64,000 nucleotides of DNA, from positions 1,284 through 65,283 of the forward strand of contig CAYUTA010000007.1 of NCBI GenBank assembly GCA_964447605.1, read 5' to 3'. This DNA is from an uncultured Oscillospiraceae bacterium (GTDB lineage Bacteria > Bacillota > Clostridia > Christensenellales > CAG-138). Both the position numbers and the translations under genes were made by a program. Under the pieces are notes generated by a model, which worked only from the letters and a program-made list of their open reading frames with translations, was not told where the DNA came from and did not search any database. Positions 58,335-64,000 of the stretch are shown here, piece by piece; positions within the stretch are counted from its first letter, which is position 1; each line of letters begins with the position of its first letter.

Positions 58335-59722
58335 AAGTCGAGCCTTGCTTCAATATAAGGAACCAGCTCGTCAACGGGCATACGCACCTGTTGCATGCTG
58401 TCGCGGTCACGCACGGTCACACAGCCGTCGGACGCGGTTTCAAAGTCCACCGTAACGCACATTGGGGTACCGATTTCGTCCTCGCGGCGGTAGCGCTTGC
58501 CGATGGAACCGGTCTCGTCGTAATCAACCATAAACTTTCCGGAAAGCTTATGATACAGCCCGGTGGCCTGCTCGCCAAGCTTCTTGCTCAGCGGCAGAAC
58601 CGCGCATTTATACGGCGCAAGCGCGGGATGCAGCCGCAGCACCGTGCGGACGTCGCCGCCGTCAAGCGTCTCCTCGTCGTAAGCGTCGCAAAGGAACGCC
58701 AGCGCGACGCGGTCTGCGCCAAGCGACGGCTCCACGCAGTAGGGGATGAATTTTTCGCCCGTGAACGGGTCGGTGTATTCAAAGTTCTCGCCGCTGCAGT
58801 CTGCGTGCTGCCGCAGGTCGAAGTCCGTGCGGTCGGCAATGCCCCAAAGCTCGCCCCAGCCGAACGGAAACAGGTACTCGATGTCCGTCGTTCCCTTGCT
58901 GTAATGCGAAAGCTCCTCCCTGGCGTGCTCGCGCATCTTGATATGCGGCTCCTGCATACCGAGAGAGAGCAGGAAGTTTTTGCAGTACCCCTTCCAGTAT
59001 TCATACCACTCCAAATCCGTTCCCGGCGCGCAGAAAAACTCGAGCTCCATCTGCTCGAACTCGCGGATGCGAAAAATAAAGTTGCCGGGCGTAATCTCGT
59101 TGCGGAAAGACTTCCCGATCTGCGCGATGCCGAAGGGGAGCTTGCGCCGTGTGGTGCGGGCCACGTTTTTAAAGTTGACAAAAATACCCTGCGCGGTTTC
59201 AGGGCGCAGGTAGAGCTCGCTTGCGCTGTCCTCGGTTACACCCTGAAAGGTTTTGAACATCAGGTTGAACTTGCGGATACCGGTAAAGTTCATTTTGCCG
59301 CACGCGGGACAGACGACGCCCTTATCTGCAATGAAGCGTTCCATCTCCTCGTTGCCCCAGCCGTCGGGGCGCACGTCGGACAGCCCGTTTTCCATGGCGT
59401 AATCCTCGATAAGCTTGTCGGCGCGAAAGCGCGCCTTGCAGTCCTTGCAGTCCATCAGCGGGTCAGAAAAACCGCCCACGTGCCCGCTGGCCACCCAGGT
59501 CTGCGGGTTCATAAGGATTGCCGCGTCCATGCCGACATTATAGGGGCTTTCCTGCACAAACTTGCGCCACCAGGCGCGTTTGACGTTGTTTTTAAACTCC
59601 ACGCCGAGCGGGCCATAATCCCAGCTATTGGCAAGCCCTCCATAGATTTCGCTGCCGGGGTATACAAAGCCGCGTCCCTTGCACAGCGCAACAATCTTAT
59701 CCATCGTTTTTTCAACAGCCAT
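58331..59722 (-). CDS. glyQS: Glycine--tRNA ligase (alpha2 type)
   Basis: [38 protein letters not shown] and [12 protein letters not shown]. Confidence 0.97.
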   Translation of the reverse strand: MAVEKTMDKIVALCKGRGFVYPGSEIYGGLANSWDYGPLGVEFKNNVKRAWWRKFVQESPYNVGMDAAILMNPQTWVASGHVGGFSDPLMDCKDCKARFRADKLIEDYAMENGLSDVRPDGWGNEEMERFIADKGVVCPACGKMNFTGIRKFNLMFKTFQGVTEDSASELYLRPETAQGIFVNFKNVARTTRRKLPFGIAQIGKSFRNEITPGNFIFRIREFEQMELEFFCAPGTDLEWYEYWKGYCKNFLLSLGMQEPHIKMREHAREELSHYSKGTTDIEYLFPFGWGELWGIADRTDFDLRQHADCSGENFEYTDPFTGEKFIPYCVEPSLGADRVALAFLCDAYDEETLDGGDVRTVLRLHPALAPYKCAVLPLSKKLGEQATGLYHKLSGKFMVDYDETGSIGKRYRREDEIGTPMCVTVDFETASDGCVTVRDRDSMQQVRMPVDELVPYIEARLDF

Positions 59723-59754
59723 CGTGCCTGTCCTCCCTTAATCAATCGACCTTT

Positions 59755-59784
59755 ATTATCGCAACAACCCCGCCCGCTTGTCAA
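59755..59784 (-). promoter_or_regulatory. sigmaA promoter of glyQS
   Basis: Minus strand TTGACA-N18-GATAAT with TGn, about 30 nt upstream of the ATG. Confidence 0.65.
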
Positions 59785-60205
59785 GGCGCGCACCAGGATT
59801 TATCGCTGGACTTTGCAGGATTGTACAACTTGTCTGACAAACCTGCAATTCTTACGTATTCCGGGCATTTTCACACGATACGCCCAATTTTAGCCGGACT
59901 GAACGCGTACGCTTCCCCGCGCCGCCAGTATCTCTGCCGCATGCGCTGCGGGACAATCTGCTTTTCCGCAGCATCAGCGCGGAGCAGGTCTTTTTTAACG
60001 CCGCGCCGACGGCCCGCTCTATGACGCGGATATACGCCTGTCCGCTTCCTCCGATACGGAACGGTCCGTTACGGCGGCGTTTCCGGGGCGCGTGGGGATT
60101 GCCTCGGTATCGCTGTATGACGACTATGCGCCGGGCGGCAGCGTCACCGTGGCATGCTTGCCGGCGGCGGCTGGATTGTGCGCCGCTCAGCGTTTTCTTT
60201 TCCGC

Positions 60206-62233
60206 TTATCCGCTGTTATTTGGCTCTGTCCGGCGTGTTTTGCGTTGCCTGTGTATCCCTGCTCCCTGCCGCGGCTTGTGGTCGTCCCCCGCGCCATTGT
60301 CATGCGGGCGCTTTTTGCCGTTTCCCTTTTGTCCCCGCTCCGCCGCGAAACGGCGCTCATTCTGCCCCGCCATCGCATCTGCCGTCGCACCCGTGCGGGA
60401 GGCTCCGCCGCGCTGTGCGCCGTCTTTCCGCACGCGCCGTTCCTCCGGCACAAGGCACTCGCGGCCGCTGCCGATAAGATCCTCACGGTCCGCCTGCCGC
60501 AGCGCCTTTCGAATGAGCGGGTGGTTTCGATAGACGTGGCACTGCATCAACGCGCGCTGCATAGCCTTCTCCTCGCGCGTACGCGGCACATAGACCGGCT
60601 CCATTGTGCGCGGGTCCAGCCCGGCATGGTACATGCAGGTGCTCACCGTACCCGGCGTAGGATAAAAGTCCTGCACCTGCTCCGGCCGGCGCCCGGTTTT
60701 TTTGAGATACTGCGCAAGTTCAATCGCATCGGAAAGCTGCGCCCCTGGGTGCGAACTCATCAGGTACGGTACCACAAACTGCTTCATCCCCAGCCGCTTG
60801 TTGACGGCATGGTATTTTTGCAAAAATCGCTCGTATACCGCATGCGGCGGCTTGTTCATGCATCTTAGCACCCGATCCGAAATGTGCTCCGGCGCGACCT
60901 TAAGCTGCCCGCTGATGTGATGCGCGGCAAGCTCGCTTAAAAACGCGTCGTCACGCTCCAGCAGCAGGTAGTCGTAGCGAATGCCGCTGCGCACAAATAC
61001 CTTTTTCACGCCGGGCAGCCCCCGCAGCTTTTGTAATAACGCGGTATAGTCGGCGTGCGACGCGTCGATATTTTTGCATGCCGAAAACCCAAGGCATTGC
61101 TTATCCGCGCATACGCCGTGGGTCATTTGCTTCTTACAGGCCGGGTGGCGGAAGTTTGCCGTCGGGCCGCCTACGTCATGGATATAGCCCTTAAAGTCCC
61201 GGCAGGCCGCCATGCGCCTTGCCTCTTCAAGGATGGAGTCATGGCTGCGCGACTGTACAACGCGACCCTGGTGAAACGTGAGCGCGCAAAAATTGCAGTT
61301 GCCAAAGCAGCCGCGTTCGGATGTGATGGAATACTTCACCTCATCAAGCGCCGGTACGTGCCCCGTTCCCCCGGGAAGCGGCTCGCACATATAAGGCAGC
61401 GCATACACCGCGTCCAGCTGCTCGCATGTAAGCGGCTTTGCCGGCGGGTTGCATAACAGGCAGCCCTTTTCATGCGGTTGCACAAGCGGCCTTCCGCGCA
61501 CTGCGTCCTGCTCACGCAGCTGGAGGGCAAACGCCTCGGCATAGGTACGCCTGTCCGCCGCCACGGCCGCAAATCCGGGCAGGATCACCGCGCAGTCCGG
61601 CGCGTCGGGCAGAGCCGGGATGCGCACGCATGTGCCGGGAATGTCCGTCAGTTCGCGCACAGGCCTGCCGTCCGCAAGCGCTTCCGCAAGCGTGAGTATC
61701 GTGCGTTCGCCCATCCCGTAAACCAGAATGTCTGCGCCTGCGTCATAAAGCATGCTGTGGCGCACGCGGTCGTCCCAGTAATCGTAGTGTGCAAAGCGGC
61801 GCAGGCTCGCCTCAATGCCGCCGAGAACCACCGGCACGTTTGCATATGCCTCGCGGCAGCGGTTGCCGTAGACGATGCACGCGCGGTCCGGCCGCCGGCC
61901 TGTTTCCCCATGGGGCGAATACGCGTCCGTATCGCGCCTTCGTCCGGCGACTGTATAATGATTGACCATGGAATCCAGATTGCCCGCAGAAACGAGAAAT
62001 GCAAGCCGCGGCCTGCCAAGCCGGCGAAACGCCTCCGCGCTGTGCCAGTCCGGCTGTGCGATTACCCCCACGCTGAAGCCATGGGAAATCAGCACACGGC
62101 TGATAATCGCCGTGGAAAACGACGGATGATCGACATATGCGTCGCCCGATATGAAAACAAAATCTGCCTGCGCGATTTTGCGCGATTGCATCTCTTGCAC
62201 GGTGAAAAACGGCGGAAGCTCCCCGCTTTTCAC
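60206..62233 (-). CDS. ygiQ: YgiQ family radical SAM protein
   Basis: GDAYVDHPSF, GGIEASLRR, RGCFGNCNFC, DVGGPTAN, LKVAPEH and QVQDFYPTP. Confidence 0.95.
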   Translation of the reverse strand: MKSGELPPFFTVQEMQSRKIAQADFVFISGDAYVDHPSFSTAIISRVLISHGFSVGVIAQPDWHSAEAFRRLGRPRLAFLVSAGNLDSMVNHYTVAGRRRDTDAYSPHGETGRRPDRACIVYGNRCREAYANVPVVLGGIEASLRRFAHYDYWDDRVRHSMLYDAGADILVYGMGERTILTLAEALADGRPVRELTDIPGTCVRIPALPDAPDCAVILPGFAAVAADRRTYAEAFALQLREQDAVRGRPLVQPHEKGCLLCNPPAKPLTCEQLDAVYALPYMCEPLPGGTGHVPALDEVKYSITSERGCFGNCNFCALTFHQGRVVQSRSHDSILEEARRMAACRDFKGYIHDVGGPTANFRHPACKKQMTHGVCADKQCLGFSACKNIDASHADYTALLQKLRGLPGVKKVFVRSGIRYDYLLLERDDAFLSELAAHHISGQLKVAPEHISDRVLRCMNKPPHAVYERFLQKYHAVNKRLGMKQFVVPYLMSSHPGAQLSDAIELAQYLKKTGRRPEQVQDFYPTPGTVSTCMYHAGLDPRTMEPVYVPRTREEKAMQRALMQCHVYRNHPLIRKALRQADREDLIGSGRECLVPEERRVRKDGAQRGGASRTGATADAMAGQNERRFAAERGQKGNGKKRPHDNGAGDDHKPRQGAGIHRQRKTRRTEPNNSG

Positions 62234-63027
62234 GACACGCGCCCCTCGTCGGCCCGCACCGGCGCGTCCTTTTGCGCCGAAGACGCCGCCCGGATGGCGC
62301 TGTCGGCCAGCGCGGTCTCCAAATCGCTGAACAGCTCGGGGATGAGCGCATCCACATCCGGCGCGCTCTCATGCGTCTCCACTTCAACCGCGACCGGGTC
62401 CGGGCCAGCCTCCGCCGCGGCGCCGCCTTCGCCCCCCTTTGTCCCGGCGCGTTTGCCCACCGTTGGGTCCGGGCCGGCAGGCGGCTGTTCCAAAACGCCG
62501 GCAGGCCCCGGCTTTGCACGTCCAACGCGCACGGCGGGCCGGGTCGCCGCTGCGGAGGCGGAAATGGCGGCTCCGGCCGGCTTGGAGCCGGAGCCGGCGC
62601 GGGTCGGATGGTTCCCGGGCATACCGACTGTTTCCACCGCCGCGCTTCCCTCCGATTTGTCCACGGCCGCGCCCTCGGGCGCCTTGCCCGCATTTGTTCC
62701 GCGCCTCAGCGGCTTACGGCTTTGCCTTTCCGCATCCCTGCGGCCGCGCACATGAGCCGGGCCTGCCTCCGCATCGGCGGCAGCCAGCCTTCGCAGCGCT
62801 TTATCGCCATTGGCAAGCGCTTTCTTCACATCGGCGGACAGATCGTCCGTGGCTTCAAGCTTCTTGAGCAGATACTCCATTGCGATAAGCATTTGCTTAC
62901 GCTGCGCCTCAAGCTTTTCAAACCGGTCGATGACCGCGTCCAGAAACATATCTACTTCGCGCATGTCATAGCCCAGAAACTCACGCGAAAACTCCCGGTT
63001 TACAATGTCCTCTATCTGGATTGCCAT
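62230..63027 (-). CDS. DivIVA-domain protein with a long low-complexity tail
   Basis: IEDIVNREFSREFLGYDMREVDMFLDAV is the DivIVA/GpsB N-domain; follows sepF. Confidence 0.8.
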   Translation of the reverse strand: MAIQIEDIVNREFSREFLGYDMREVDMFLDAVIDRFEKLEAQRKQMLIAMEYLLKKLEATDDLSADVKKALANGDKALRRLAAADAEAGPAHVRGRRDAERQSRKPLRRGTNAGKAPEGAAVDKSEGSAAVETVGMPGNHPTRAGSGSKPAGAAISASAAATRPAVRVGRAKPGPAGVLEQPPAGPDPTVGKRAGTKGGEGGAAAEAGPDPVAVEVETHESAPDVDALIPELFSDLETALADSAIRAASSAQKDAPVRADEGRVS

Positions 63028-63110
63028 GCCGTCCCCTCTTTCAAAAACAGGCACACCAAACGCTTGATGTGCCATACCGAACTCCGATTCGCCGCGCCAC
63101 GCCGGCGCGG

Positions 63111-63653
63111 TCAGATCATATCGTCGTAGTCGTCCTCACCGTTTCCAACCACATCGTAGTTGTTAGGCGCAACAACAAAGATACCGCGCGAAATCTTGCA
63201 CATCGTGCCGTTGAGCGCATATACCGCGCCCGAAAGGAAGTCGAGTATGCGCTGCGCAGAATCCACCTCAAGCTCCTCCATGTTGACAATGACCGGTTTG
63301 CGGTTTTTCAGGTTGTCAATGATGGCCTGTGTATCCTCGTAGCTGACAGGATGATACACAATCATCTTCATGCCGCCGGAAATCGGCAAATTTCCGCCCG
63401 TGGTGGTGGCGCCGCGATCCGCCCTGCCACCGCGCCCGGAGGAGCGGTTGTTAAAGCTGACAACATTATCACCGCGGTCGCCGCGGTCATATCGTTCGCC
63501 GCGCTCCGTTCGTTCGCCGCGCTCGTAGCGGTCGCTGCGATTGTATCGGTCATCCCGGTCGTCGCGATAATAATCATCGCGGCGGTCGTCCTCGAGTTCG
63601 TCGCCCTCCTCGATGCCGATAAAATCCAGAAATTTACTGTACAGGCTTGCCAT
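63111..63653 (-). CDS. sepF: Cell division protein SepF
   Basis: P.SYEDTQAIIDNLK..KPVIVN...AQRILDFLSGAVYALNG...IFVVAP. Confidence 0.95.
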   Translation of the reverse strand: MASLYSKFLDFIGIEEGDELEDDRRDDYYRDDRDDRYNRSDRYERGERTERGERYDRGDRGDNVVSFNNRSSGRGGRADRGATTTGGNLPISGGMKMIVYHPVSYEDTQAIIDNLKNRKPVIVNMEELEVDSAQRILDFLSGAVYALNGTMCKISRGIFVVAPNNYDVVGNGEDDYDDMI

Positions 63654-63709
63654 CCAATGTCCTCCGAACTTACCCCAACGCCGCACGGCAAATTCGTGCG
63701 GACCGCTAT

Positions 63710-64000
63710 TTATTTTTGATTCCGCGCTCCGAACAGTGCCGAACCCACGCGCACTTCGGTTGCCCCCTCCTGTATGGCCACGTCAAAATCATGGCTCATG
63801 CCCATAGACAACGTGTCGACGGGCAGTTCGGGACAGGCCGCGCGTATACGGTCAAAGAGCTCGCGCATATGCGCAAAATACGGACGCGTCTGCTCCGGCG
63901 GAAGCGCCGGCGGGACGCACATTGCCCCACGCAGGCGCAAATTTACACAGCTCGCAACCGTTTGCACAAATGCATCCAGCTCTTTTACGGCCACGCCGCC
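63710..64000 (-). CDS. yggS: YggS family PLP homeostasis protein (C-terminal part; starts beyond the window)
   Basis: [30 protein letters not shown]. Confidence 0.93.
   Translation of the reverse strand, partial: GGVAVKELDAFVQTVASCVNLRLRGAMCVPPALPPEQTRPYFAHMRELFDRIRAACPELPVDTLSMGMSHDFDVAIQEGATEVRVGSALFGARNQK

Noticed and set aside
59860-60205. Plus-strand ORFs (60021-60533, 60092-60868) and a possible gene remnant
   Set aside because: They overlap ygiQ antisense, have low-complexity composition and show no recognisable domain.

Overview
GC-rich chromosomal segment of a spore-forming Clostridia-class bacterium (spoVT, spoIIID, ylmC/ymxH, coat genes and sigmaE/sigmaG-type promoters); a finer taxonomic call is not possible from sequence alone. 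Most of the window is housekeeping: ahcY/ctpA/thrC, pcrA-ligA, yicC-remA-gmk-rpoZ-priA, a heterodimeric ABC exporter, nrdD-nrdG with NrdR boxes and nrdR, ylxM-ffh-rpsP-khpA-rimM-trmD-rplS, yceD-rpmF, ftsH, recD2-comF, glyQS, ygiQ and yggS-sepF-divIVA. The accessory parts are: (i) nt 1-3430, which look like the end of an island, with mobile-element-type small genes, a decayed kdpC/CBS/LysR/kdpE mosaic, an intact rtcB and a hairpin plus tRNA-like fragment at the boundary; (ii) an unannotated multi-stem RNA candidate with alternative pairings in front of a 30-codon ORF (4093-4328), the best candidate here for something undescribed; (iii) a yqeC-(deleted methyltransferase)-yqeB-selD selenium-cofactor cluster; (iv) a GH1/GH36/GPH-symporter sugar locus with a broken AraC gene; (v) two uncharacterised envelope proteins (OB-fold-repeat lipoprotein; zinc-ribbon/TM/PASTA protein); and (vi) several highly structured intergenic regions. 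No CRISPR array, intact tRNA, rRNA, integrase or transposase was seen. All calls come from reading motifs by eye; no database search or folding program was run.
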